IMG/VR virus record: IMGVR_UViG_3300027674_000002
DNA: 45,465 nucleotides
Direction: 5' to 3' (one strand)
From: a virus
Both the position numbers and the translations under genes were made by a program. Below the pieces are notes generated by a model. The model was not told where the DNA came from, ran no database searches, and was given only the letters and a program-made list of their open reading frames with translations. Below are positions 37,630 to 45,465 of this stretch, in pieces (within the stretch, counting starts at the first letter, position 1; each line of letters opens with the position of its first letter).

Positions 37630-38984
37630 GAAGGCCTCACAATCGCGCCCTGGGAATGGATTGCCGGGCGCATGGCCGCGAACTGTGCATCGATCGCGGG
37701 CCGCACCGCCGCGCTGAGCGATTCCATCGAGGCGCGAACCGCCGCCGCTTGTGCATCGATCGCGGGCCGCACCGCCGCGCTGAGCGATTCCATCGAGGCG
37801 CGAACCGCCGCCGCCAGGGCGCCAATCGTCGGAGGTCCGCCGGCGACGGCCGGGATCTGCGGCGGAGCCGTGAGGATGTCGGCGGCCGCAAACCGTGGGG
37901 TTTGTCTGACCGCCGGCATATCTCGCAGCCAGGCAAGGTTGGGGGTCACAGCCTGGGCGAGAACTTTTTCCGGCGCCGTGCTGGCCGCGGGTTGCAGATG
38001 CGGAGAGGAAAGCGAAACCGCCGCCGCGTTCGGCATCCAATGATTCAGCGTGATGGCCGCGGGCGGAAGAGTTTTCGCGGGCGCCGTGAAAATGTCGCCG
38101 GCGGAGAAGGTGAAGCGCTTCGCGGGCGGCGCAACTTCCCCGAGCCAGGAGGGCAGCAAGACAACGGCCGGAACAGCGATTCCGAATTTTGGCGGCGCGG
38201 TGAACATGTCGCCCTGCGCGAAAACGTGGGCGACGGCTTTCGCGCCGTCCGTTCCAAACCAATTCGAAATCGTGATCGCCGCGGGCGGAAGAGTCTTCGC
38301 GGGCGCCGTGAAAATATCGCCGGCGGAGAATGTGAAGCGTTTCGCGGGCGAAGCTACTTCCCCGAGCCAGCTCGTGAGCGTAAATGGCGAAACGAATGGC
38401 GCGAACGTCGGAGGCCCGGTCCAGATGTCGCCGGCCAGGAAAACAAATCTCTTCGCGGGCCCGGCGACTTCCCCGAGCCAGTTCGTCAGGAAGGAATAGG
38501 GGAGGACTTTTTCCGGCGCGACAAATGAAGGCCCTTGCGCATGCGCAGGCGCAACGGCCGGCGCGGCGATCGTCGGCGTCCAATGGTTCAGCGTGATGGT
38601 CGCCGGCGGAAAAAGTTTCGGCGGCGCGGAGAATCCGTCAGGCAGCGAGTAGCGGAAAACTTTTCCGCTGACCGTGACTTCTCCGCGCCAGCCGGCGATG
38701 GTGGTCAGCGAAGCGGCGGCGACGGTCGCAGCCGGAGCGACGTAGCTGCTTTGCGCGTATTCCTGCGGCTGCGCAATTACGCCGGGCGTCGGAGTCCACA
38801 TCGCAATCGTGACGGCTGCAACGATCGCGGGAATCACTTTCGGCGGCGCGGTGAACGTGTCGCCTTGCGCGAAGCGCGGAGGCAGTGACCGGCCCGCCGG
38901 CGGCGCGACGTGGCGATCGCTGATGGGCACCGGAGCCGTCTGCGGCTTAAGGGGCGCGACGAAGGATTGATAAAAGCGCGGCAT
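37626..38984 (-). CDS. internally repetitive Pro/Ala-rich protein (452 aa), seven repeats of 35-45 aa
   Basis: Repeat core (K/P)RF.F..GD.FTAPPK...P....W(L)GEV. Two near-identical 38-aa units. C-terminal exact 22-aa duplication. Confidence 0.7.
   Translation of the reverse strand: MPRFYQSFVAPLKPQTAPVPISDRHVAPPAGRSLPPRFAQGDTFTAPPKVIPAIVAAVTIAMWTPTPGVIAQPQEYAQSSYVAPAATVAAASLTTIAGWRGEVTVSGKVFRYSLPDGFSAPPKLFPPATITLNHWTPTIAAPAVAPAHAQGPSFVAPEKVLPYSFLTNWLGEVAGPAKRFVFLAGDIWTGPPTFAPFVSPFTLTSWLGEVASPAKRFTFSAGDIFTAPAKTLPPAAITISNWFGTDGAKAVAHVFAQGDMFTAPPKFGIAVPAVVLLPSWLGEVAPPAKRFTFSAGDIFTAPAKTLPPAAITLNHWMPNAAAVSLSSPHLQPAASTAPEKVLAQAVTPNLAWLRDMPAVRQTPRFAAADILTAPPQIPAVAGGPPTIGALAAAVRASMESLSAAVRPAIDAQAAAVRASMESLSAAVRPAIDAQFAAMRPAIHSQGAIVRPS
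37684..37815. repeat. exact 66-bp tandem duplication (2 copies, 65/66 identical)
   Basis: 37684..37749 versus 37750..37815, compared base by base. Confidence 0.95.
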
Positions 38985-39691
38985 CAGTAGCTCACCGAAT
39001 TTCCAGAGGGAACTGCCTCGCCGCCAGCGCCGGGAACGAAATCAAGATTCGTGAGCAGACCGGCGCCGCTCGCGACCTTGAACGTGACGATGAGCATCAC
39101 CAGGACGTCCGTGGCGTTTCCGCCGCAGGTGGCCGTTTGTGTTCCGCCCGCCGTCGCGGCCTTGAACTCCGAAAAACACGACTCGTTATTGGTCACGGCG
39201 TCCCGCTGGAGTTCGGTCTGGCTATAGCCCGCTCCGACGGTGAGCGTGTCGGGTTGCGGGCTGTCGGAGAAAAATGCCAGCACCGCATCGCCGGTGAGCG
39301 ACGTCGAGCCGGCCGTGCTCACACTGCCGGTCGCGCTGTGTGCGTTTCCCGAATCGCGCACCGGCGAAGAAGTCACGCAGCCTGAAATCTCGTAGATGTG
39401 CAGGAACATGTCCGCGCCGCCGGCGTTCCCGTGCCCCGTGACGGTGGTCGCGCCGCTGTTTGCGCTGGCCACGTAATCGCAGCGGTTGTCCCCGTCCGTC
39501 GTGGCCACGCTGGCCGCCAGCGCGATCGTGTTGGAGTTGTTATCCGTGGCGGCCAGGATGGTGCCCGTCGGGAAATCCGAGCTCAGATAGGCGAGCAGGC
39601 TCCCGGCCGTGACGTTGCTGGAAAAGGCCAGCGCCACGCTGGTGACGTTGATTCCGGTGGTGGAACGATGTTGGACGACTGCCGCGCTCAT
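38984..39691 (-). CDS. hypothetical Ser/Thr/Gly-rich beta protein (235 aa)
   Basis: ORF track. 1-nt start/stop junctions. Confidence 0.6.
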   Translation of the reverse strand: MSAAVVQHRSTTGINVTSVALAFSSNVTAGSLLAYLSSDFPTGTILAATDNNSNTIALAASVATTDGDNRCDYVASANSGATTVTGHGNAGGADMFLHIYEISGCVTSSPVRDSGNAHSATGSVSTAGSTSLTGDAVLAFFSDSPQPDTLTVGAGYSQTELQRDAVTNNESCFSEFKAATAGGTQTATCGGNATDVLVMLIVTFKVASGAGLLTNLDFVPGAGGEAVPSGNSVSY

Positions 39692-39695
39692 GAGA

Positions 39696-40061
39696 TCAGG
39701 CCGACGTGACCGTGACCCCCGAGGTGATGGATTTGCTCAGCGTGAGCCGCACCTGGCATTTCGTATTCGCAAGCGGGCCGACGTCCACGGTCATCGACGG
39801 CTGGCCGGCCAGTCCCGTCTTCGGGCTTACCGCGCCGCCCTTCCAGGTGAAGCCGTGATCGAAGGTGAATAGTCCGGAACCGGGAGAAGTTTCGCGCCAC
39901 AGCTCGAAGGTCATGCTCGCGGCCGCGTCCGCCAGGTCCGCGGAGGAGATGGCGAACTGCGTCGTGACCGAATTGATCCCAGATGGGAACGTGAAGTTCG
40001 CGCTGGTGAACGCTCCCGCCGGAAGGACCGTGTTGCCCGGAAGTGTGAGGAGCGTCGCCAT
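39696..40061 (-). CDS. hypothetical beta-sandwich-like protein (121 aa)
   Basis: ORF track. Confidence 0.55.
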   Translation of the reverse strand: MATLLTLPGNTVLPAGAFTSANFTFPSGINSVTTQFAISSADLADAAASMTFELWRETSPGSGLFTFDHGFTWKGGAVSPKTGLAGQPSMTVDVGPLANTKCQVRLTLSKSITSGVTVTSA

Positions 40062-40078
40062 TTTTTATCGTGGAAAAA

Positions 40079-40474
40079 CTACTTGACGGTCACCGTGAGG
40101 TTCGTCGGGGGCGCCGGCGAAAGGGAACCGCCCGAGGTGTTTGAGTCGAGACTCTCCACCCCATTGATGACGAAGCTGACCGCGTAGCAGGAGTTTCCGA
40201 ACAGCGGAGCCACGTCCACGTAGGTTGTGGCGTTGCTCGCGACGGAAGCGTACTTCACGAGGTTCAGAGGGACGGCCGCGCAGGAAGTCGGCGCGCGGTA
40301 AATGCTCTGCGAGCAGACGCTCGGCGCGGTGCATGCCGCCGTGCTGTCATCGACGGAGGGCGTCCAGGTCGCCGTGCCGGTGTGAATGTTCGACTGCGCA
40401 TGCACCACGATTGCCGCGAGTGCCAACGCGAGCGCGATCAGCGGGATCCCGTATTTCCAGAGTTTCGTTTTCAT
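40079..40474 (-). CDS. secreted protein with an FN3/Ig-like domain (131 aa)
   Basis: Signal peptide MKTKLWKYGIPLIALALALAAIVVHA. TATWTPSVDD...APPTNLTVTVK. ATGA overlap upstream. Confidence 0.6.
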   Translation of the reverse strand: MKTKLWKYGIPLIALALALAAIVVHAQSNIHTGTATWTPSVDDSTAACTAPSVCSQSIYRAPTSCAAVPLNLVKYASVASNATTYVDVAPLFGNSCYAVSFVINGVESLDSNTSGGSLSPAPPTNLTVTVK

Positions 40475-40770
40475 ATTCCGTAGCTCCTTAGTGCGCGGTC
40501 GCGCGCTTCGATTTGCTCCATCTTCTTTTCCCACGGCGTGCAGGGTGCGCCCTTCGATTGCGCCAGCTGGCAGCGCTTGCACGTCAGACCGAAACAAATC
40601 ATGCAAAGTCCGCTGCCGTCGTTCTGGCGATGCGGGCCGTCGGCGCCGGGCACGACGTTCACGATCGCCTGGCAATGCGCGCAGGTGAATGTCTGGCACT
40701 CGATGATTTCGCCGTAGGGCATCGCCGTGATGGCGACGCCCTCGACGCGTTTCGCGTGCTGCTGCAGCAA
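40471..40770 (-). CDS. Cys-rich zinc-finger-like protein (99 aa, 8 Cys)
   Basis: ECQTFTCAHCQ...LCMICFGLTCKRCQ...PC. Confidence 0.55.
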   Translation of the reverse strand: MLQQHAKRVEGVAITAMPYGEIIECQTFTCAHCQAIVNVVPGADGPHRQNDGSGLCMICFGLTCKRCQLAQSKGAPCTPWEKKMEQIEARDRALRSYGI

Positions 40771-40773
40771 GGA

Positions 40774-41244
40774 TTACTCCTCGATGAAAGCCTGCGCGTT
40801 CGCGACGCCGGTATAAGCCGGCGCAACGGAGCTGAGGGCGCCGAAGAGGAGCAGGTTCGTCGCCGTCGCCGGCAACAGGATCTGCGCTCCCTCCGTCCAT
40901 GAGTTCCAGGTATAGGTCGCGCGCTGGTTGATGCCCTGGTCGAACACGGACGAGTTCGCCGTGATCGAGGCGGATTCGACTGTGGTCAGAGTGTGCGCGA
41001 TGGTGATGGCCACGCCCGGATCCGTCGGATCGATATTGCGCGGCGTCAAGGCCGTGGCGGTGGCCGCCGCCGTGGCGCGCTGCAGGACCCATTCAAGGAC
41101 GCCATCGGCCGCCGCGCCGAGAGTCGAGAGGATGAAGGAATAAACCTTCGGCCGGGTCAACGCCGTGCTGGTGAGGTCGAGCGGCGTCTTTAACGTGCTC
41201 GCGACCGCCGCGATGCTGCCGGGACATGAAAATCTGCGTGCCAT
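40774..41244 (-). CDS. hypothetical beta-rich protein (156 aa)
   Basis: ORF track. Confidence 0.55.
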   Translation of the reverse strand: MARRFSCPGSIAAVASTLKTPLDLTSTALTRPKVYSFILSTLGAAADGVLEWVLQRATAAATATALTPRNIDPTDPGVAITIAHTLTTVESASITANSSVFDQGINQRATYTWNSWTEGAQILLPATATNLLLFGALSSVAPAYTGVANAQAFIEE

Positions 41245-41288
41245 GCTGTTCTCCGTTTCTGATCAAAAAGAAATTTTGTGAAACCCGT

Positions 41289-41534
41289 CTACTTCGCGGT
41301 CGCTTGCTTCGCCGCGGCGTCCGTCGGATGCTCCTCGGTGTCGCCGCCCTCGGTGATGCTGATGTAGCCATCGCGAACGAAATGCCGGTAGTTCGGCGCC
41401 TGCTTCGGAGGAATGTTGCGCAGGAGATTTTGTTCGCCCATCGATTCGACGATCGCCGCGACCTCCTCCGGGCTGGCCTTCACCCATTTGCCGATCTGGC
41501 CTGCATCAACGATTGACTTCAGACTTGCGCTCAT
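41289..41534 (-). CDS. hypothetical protein (81 aa)
   Basis: MSASLKSIVDAGQIGKWVKASPEEVAAIVESMGEQ... GAGGAGG Shine-Dalgarno. Confidence 0.5.
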   Translation of the reverse strand: MSASLKSIVDAGQIGKWVKASPEEVAAIVESMGEQNLLRNIPPKQAPNYRHFVRDGYISITEGGDTEEHPTDAAAKQATAK

Positions 41535-41604
41535 GATTCGTTTCCTCCTCTTTTCTCTGCGCCTGTAAGTACAGGCGGCTAAGGAATTTCGTACACGCGC
41601 CCCG

Positions 41605-42279
41605 TTAGGGGATTTCATAAACTCGGTCGATCCATTCGAGAGCGTCGAGACCCGCAACAGGGAACGTCATCTTCTCGGAGATGGGTTCGCGGTTTTCATA
41701 GAACTGGCCGATGCGAAGCTTGATGGCATGCTTCGTAGTTTCCGGAACGTCCGAGGCTTTGCCGTATCCCGCGATGTAGAGAACCTGCACGGCCGATTGA
41801 ATTGCCTGCGTCACCGGCCAGGGCAGGTTGTTCGCCGGCGCGATGCGCGCGGGCTCGGAATCCGTGTCCACGATGTAGCCGGGCTGCCCGGGCGCGGGAT
41901 TTTGCGCCAGCGTTTGCAGCACGCCGTTGTTATCGAGGTATTTGATCGAGGTGACCGACTGGCATGGCGAGCGGAACAGCCGCAGCGGGCCGCTCATCAG
42001 CGAAATGGCGCGCGCCAGGTAGGATTCGACCGAATAAGTCGGAACGAAAAATTTCAGGGTGGCGTTCGGCAGGTCCGGGAAGCTATCGAGCTGCATGCGA
42101 AACGTCGTGGTGAGGAAAGCGCGGTTCTGGATCTTCTCTTCGAGCTGCCGCGCGGCGGTGATCAATCCGGCGATATAGGCGTCGTCGTCGGTTCCGGTGA
42201 CGCGGAGATGGAGTTTCGCTTCATCGAGGGTGACGGGCTCGGCCGTCGGAGGGGTCACGGTGACAAGCGATGCGGTCAT
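41605..42279 (-). CDS. head-tail connector (gp6-like / QLRG-family DNA-packaging protein, 224 aa)
   Basis: PVTLDEAKLHLRVTGTDDDAYIAGLITAARQLEEKIQNRAFLTTTF is the classic gp6-like N-terminus. Confidence 0.85.
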   Translation of the reverse strand: MTASLVTVTPPTAEPVTLDEAKLHLRVTGTDDDAYIAGLITAARQLEEKIQNRAFLTTTFRMQLDSFPDLPNATLKFFVPTYSVESYLARAISLMSGPLRLFRSPCQSVTSIKYLDNNGVLQTLAQNPAPGQPGYIVDTDSEPARIAPANNLPWPVTQAIQSAVQVLYIAGYGKASDVPETTKHAIKLRIGQFYENREPISEKMTFPVAGLDALEWIDRVYEIP

Positions 42280-42297
42280 CTGACTCCCCCTTTCAAA

Positions 42298-42627
42298 TTA
42301 TTCTTTGTCCGCTTCGGCTTTTTCGGCTTCCTCGATCGCCTTCAGCTTGGCCTTGGCTTCGGCCTTTTCCTTTGGAGACAATTCCCCTCCGAGGAGCTGT
42401 TCGATCAGAGATTGTTTGTCCGTGCCGGGTGTCACGGCCTTTGCGCCGTCATCGGCGGCCGCCACTTCCACTTCGGGCTTTTTCGCGCGAGGGTTCGGAA
42501 CTTCCTTTGCCGCGCGCGCGGCGATGAGCTCCTTGCCGAGCGCATTCTCGACCTCATAGGTCTGCTCGGAATGAAGCACATGCGGGAGCCGGGGCCCCGC
42601 GGCCGTCGAAATCATCTGGATCCACAT
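42298..42627 (-). CDS. hypothetical protein with a Lys/Glu/Ala-rich tail (109 aa)
   Basis: ORF track. GGAGGA Shine-Dalgarno. Confidence 0.5.
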   Translation of the reverse strand: MWIQMISTAAGPRLPHVLHSEQTYEVENALGKELIAARAAKEVPNPRAKKPEVEVAAADDGAKAVTPGTDKQSLIEQLLGGELSPKEKAEAKAKLKAIEEAEKAEADKE

Positions 42628-42666
42628 TGCGATGAATCCTCCAAAAAATTTAACTGCCGTGTCGCG

Positions 42667-43101
42667 TTACACGCCGACAAAGGCAGACAACTGGCTGACC
42701 GTGGCGTCGAGCGCCGCGGGCGGCAGCTTGTCGCCGCTGTATTGAATGGCGATGCCGAAATCGAGCACCGCGTTCGCCGTGGCGCGGTTCAGCACCGGGC
42801 GCACGTAGCGCCCGAGCGGCCGCACGACTTCAAGAATCAGGAGCCTGTTCGAATCGCCGTCGGCCATGGCCGGCGTGATGGCGCCGGTGATATCGGCCTG
42901 GTCGCCGTCACCGACCGCGTTGCCGTTCTGCGCCTTGAGCGCCGTGACCTGCCCGGCCGTCAGGGCGCCGACGCCGTAAATGAAAACGACGTTGTCCCAT
43001 CCCTGCATGTCGACATGCACTCCCGTAAGGACGGTCGTGCCGGCCGCGGCCGCGTTCGCCACGCGCACGACGTTGAAATTCTTTGAAAGGTTGACTCCCA
43101 T
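42667..43101 (-). CDS. hypothetical head-associated protein (144 aa), decoration-protein position
   Basis: ORF track. Directly downstream of the capsid gene. AAGGAG Shine-Dalgarno. Confidence 0.55.
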   Translation of the reverse strand: MGVNLSKNFNVVRVANAAAAGTTVLTGVHVDMQGWDNVVFIYGVGALTAGQVTALKAQNGNAVGDGDQADITGAITPAMADGDSNRLLILEVVRPLGRYVRPVLNRATANAVLDFGIAIQYSGDKLPPAALDATVSQLSAFVGV

Positions 43102-43160
43102 TTCGTTAGCTCCTTCGCGGTTTCCCGCGAGTCAAGAATAAAATTCCGAATGCCGTCCGC

Positions 43161-44489
43161 TTACGAGTTGATGATGCGAACGAACGCCTCTTCGAGAATC
43201 GGAGCGCCGTCGATTTCGGCGCGCGCGATGTACCCGGTCTGGTTCGTCACGGCGTAGAGCTCCACCAGGCGCTGCAGCTGCATGGAGAGAGCGTCCACGA
43301 TCCAGTAGAAAGAGAAGTCGCCGAGCACGCCGGTATAGAGGCCGGTCGTGAACGTCGAGGGCATGTATTCGGAAACGAAGTAAGGCAGGCCGAGGATCAG
43401 ATCGCCGACGCCGACTTCGAGAGAAGCCTGTCCGATGCCGGAAGGGTTCCAGAGGTACTGGCCGTTGGTGTCCTTCAGCTGGCGGATGCGCTGGATCCCG
43501 AAGCGGTGGAATCCCCATCGCGCGTTCGCCCAATATCCCGGCTTCAAAAAGTATTTCGCGTTGATCAGGCCGTCGGCCGTGTAGTTCGTGGCCGAGCCGG
43601 TGACGATGTCGCGGGCGGTGGAGATCCCCGAGCCGTTGGTCGTCGGGGTCATCACGCCGAGGGGTTGCTGCGCTCCGCTGCCGAGCAGGAAAGCTTTTTC
43701 CTGGGTGACGCCGAATTTGTAGGCCAGACGGTCGCGCACGATGCTTTCGGCATCGAGGGCGCCCGCGCGCAAGAGTTTGTTGCTGATCTTGATGCGCTTG
43801 GCCAGCGGATGGGGCTGCAGCTCGCGCTTGCCGAAAACCAGCGCGCTGTCCTCGTTGCCGGTCGCGAGTTCCGAAGTCCAGTCGGAATCCGCGATGTCCA
43901 CGTCGCGGGTGGGCACGCCCAGGGTCGTGGCGCTGGTGAGCGTCATTACCGTGGCGAGCTGACGGATGTAGACCGCGTTGTCGATGATGGCGATCAGCTC
44001 GGCCGCATATTGCTGCGGGACGACCAGGAAGCCGCCGGCGGTGTCGAGGTCCATCTGCAGGTTACGCAGCTCGTCTCTCTGCGAGCCGTTCGCGATGAAC
44101 TGACGAAATGCCGTGCGCGTTTCCGCGGAATTCATTTTCTTCGCGGGGTCCAGCTTGATCTCTCGCATGCTGTGGGCACTGCGCTTCGGGAATTTGAAAA
44201 TCCCGGCCTTGTCGCCGGCGTTGGGGTCCGGATCCGCGTGCTCGATCTGACGGCCGGGGCGGGCGCGAAGTTCGTTCTCCGCGTCGTTCAGGCGCTTGGT
44301 GCGCGCCTCGCCTTCCTTGAGCTTGTCGATCTCGGCCTTCACCAGGTCCGAGTCGTTCATGGCCTTGTTGAAATTTTCGATTTCTGTCGGCGTTAACTCG
44401 CGCTTTTCTTTTTCGGCGAGGTCGTTAATCGCGCGGCCTTGCGTGACGATGGTGTTCCGCTTTGTTTGCAGTTCGAGAAGGGTGGGCAT
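43161..44489 (-). CDS. major capsid protein, HK97 fold, with an N-terminal coiled-coil delta domain (442 aa)
   Basis: Delta-domain-like first ~110 aa, then ..DTAGGFLVVPQQYAAELI..., ..LAKRIKISNKLL.., ..GLPYFVSEYMP.. typical of HK97-family capsid proteins. Confidence 0.95.
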   Translation of the reverse strand: MPTLLELQTKRNTIVTQGRAINDLAEKEKRELTPTEIENFNKAMNDSDLVKAEIDKLKEGEARTKRLNDAENELRARPGRQIEHADPDPNAGDKAGIFKFPKRSAHSMREIKLDPAKKMNSAETRTAFRQFIANGSQRDELRNLQMDLDTAGGFLVVPQQYAAELIAIIDNAVYIRQLATVMTLTSATTLGVPTRDVDIADSDWTSELATGNEDSALVFGKRELQPHPLAKRIKISNKLLRAGALDAESIVRDRLAYKFGVTQEKAFLLGSGAQQPLGVMTPTTNGSGISTARDIVTGSATNYTADGLINAKYFLKPGYWANARWGFHRFGIQRIRQLKDTNGQYLWNPSGIGQASLEVGVGDLILGLPYFVSEYMPSTFTTGLYTGVLGDFSFYWIVDALSMQLQRLVELYAVTNQTGYIARAEIDGAPILEEAFVRIINS

Positions 44490-44543
44490 GTGCGCTCCAG
44501 AATCTTTTTCACGGGCGCCCGCGGTGGCGGGCGACGTTGGGCC

Positions 44544-44580
44544 AAAAAAAAATGGCCGCTGGCTTAAGTCGCCAGCGACC
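44544..44580 (-). terminator. rho-independent terminator
   Basis: Minus strand GGTCGCTGGC-GACTTAA-GCCAGCGGCC followed by T9. Confidence 0.75.
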
Positions 44581-44732
44581 GCATCGGCGTTCGCTACGAA
44601 TTTGCTTTTCGCCGGCTGGTCAGCATCGGCTCCGCCCCCGTTGGGGGCCGGACGAAAAGCGAATCGAATATCTCAGATGCGAGAGTGGAGTTTTCGTTCT
44701 GGCGTGTCTATAGAACTTCGGGCCAGTGTTTC

Positions 44733-45086
44733 CTAAGCCGGGGGTCGCTCGAGGAAGCCGATTGCAAGGTCCCACTGTGTTTCGCTCACATTGGGCTGAA
44801 ACAAAAAGTTACGGAGAGGTCCGGCCGGCGACAAAATTATCCCGTCTGGAGTGCGCGGTTGCCACCCAACAGGGCCGATAGCCCGGCCAGTCTGTTGCAG
44901 GACCTTGCTCCCATTACCGCGAACAATTTCCACACTCACATACAAGTCCAGGGATGCGATGCCCTTCGATTTGGCCACGCTCGCTCGAATGATCTCCTGC
45001 AATCGTGCCAGCCACTCGGCAGGCGTTCGCCCTTCCGCGAGATATTCCCGGAGCCTTCCGGCCGCCTCTTCGTCGGTTATCTTCAT
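44733..45086 (-). CDS. hypothetical protein (117 aa), isolated transcription unit
   Basis: Internal ATG of track ORF 44733..45266. Lower local GC. Followed by a terminator. Confidence 0.5.
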   Translation of the reverse strand: MKITDEEAAGRLREYLAEGRTPAEWLARLQEIIRASVAKSKGIASLDLYVSVEIVRGNGSKVLQQTGRAIGPVGWQPRTPDGIILSPAGPLRNFLFQPNVSETQWDLAIGFLERPPA

Positions 45087-45186
45087 GCGGGCCTCATGTC
45101 GGGATGCCGGGCGCGATTCCGTCGGTGCATGGAGCGCCCGGCGGCTTGTGTGTTCGATCGAGTTTGACCGGGAGAATAGCAGATTC

Positions 45187-45465
45187 GTGGCAGGTGTTTG
45201 CTGCATTTTTGTGGGTGCCGGTGGAATGAAGTGGCAGTTTGAGTGGCAGTTGCGGTTCGCTGCCATGCGCTGCGGTGCGCTCCCTTGCAGTCTGCGTTCG
45301 TTGAAGAGAAAAGGTTTAGGTGCCCGGTGCGCTGCCCTGCGCTGCCCTGCGCTGGTAGTGTTGCATTTTGATAGACTGAATGCGGGGAACCCTAGGCCCC
45401 GTGTGTTGTTTTCGTTACGCGACGCGGCTTCCCGGCCGTGGCAGTTTGTGTGGCAGTTGGCTTTG
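45187..45465. repeat. iteron-rich non-coding region (continues into 1..103)
   Basis: GTGGCAG at 45187, 45231, 45243, 45439 and 45451, all in the same orientation. TGCGCTGCCC x2 plus related units at 45266..45356. Confidence 0.7.
45367..45465. repeat. 99-bp terminal direct repeat, copy 2
   Basis: Identical to 1..99. Confidence 0.9.

Noticed and set aside
37267-38583. 438-aa minus-strand ORF and 290-aa plus-strand ORF (37656..38528) overlapping the repeat-protein gene
   Set aside because: Arg/Gly-rich alternative frames across a repetitive GC-rich gene. Only the last 120 codons (37629..37267) look protein-like and have a coupled ATG.
43116-43129. Small GNRA-type hairpin CGCGG-GAAA-CCGCG after the capsid gene, plus similar short hairpins at 41560..41577 and 35903..35922, as members of the repeat family
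   Set aside because: The sequences are unrelated to each other and to the five-copy element. They are ordinary short intercistronic hairpins ahead of Shine-Dalgarno sites, and none is followed by a U-tract on the transcribed strand.

Overview
This window is a complete, circularly closed, high-GC genome of a temperate HK97-like siphovirus or prophage. Its two ends are an identical 99-bp overlap, giving a unit length of 45,366 bp. I call about 85 protein-coding genes. Nearly all are on the minus strand and are chained by 1-4 nt ATGA/GTGA start-stop overlaps. The one plus-strand early operon runs 4890-8462.

Recognisable modules:
- Lysogeny: a tyrosine integrase sits inside a 13-gene minus-strand operon headed by an RHH protein. 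It is divergent from a second RHH (Cro-like) gene and an excisionase-type HTH gene.
- Packaging and head: P27-type TerS, TerL, an HK97 portal with a MuF-like C-terminal extension, and an HK97 prohead protease. The HK97-fold major capsid gene lies about 9.5 kb further round the circle, beyond the lysogeny/early region.
- Neck and tail: gp6-like connector, head closure, gp10-like, DUF3168, two tandem tail-tube paralogs, G/GT chaperone with a CCCAAAC -1 slippery site, tape measure, Dit-like, gpL-like, NlpC/P60 and a 1073-aa host-specificity protein.
- Lysis: an M15 endolysin surrounded by many small membrane proteins.
- DNA-metabolism block: cold-shock-domain protein, HNH, ParB-like, superinfection-immunity protein, RFC-like clamp loader, SAM methyltransferase and Gp37/Gp68.

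I saw no tRNA, rRNA, CRISPR array or reverse transcriptase.

The strongest signal not explained by genes is a five-copy structured hairpin element of about 42 nt. It is always oriented sense to local transcription, usually sits between a stop codon and the next start, and shows compensatory changes in both stems.

Other notable items:
- a 20-nt palindrome present twice, flanking the ParB-like gene, with one copy inside a TTGACA promoter spacer
- a conserved AAGGGAAAGGAAACG leader in front of seven start codons
- two iteron-rich non-coding hubs (7703-7947 and 45087-103)
- a seven-gene block of unknown function inserted between the connector and head-closure genes, including a 452-aa internally repetitive protein with an exact 66-bp tandem duplication

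All functional calls come from motif recognition by eye. No database search was run.
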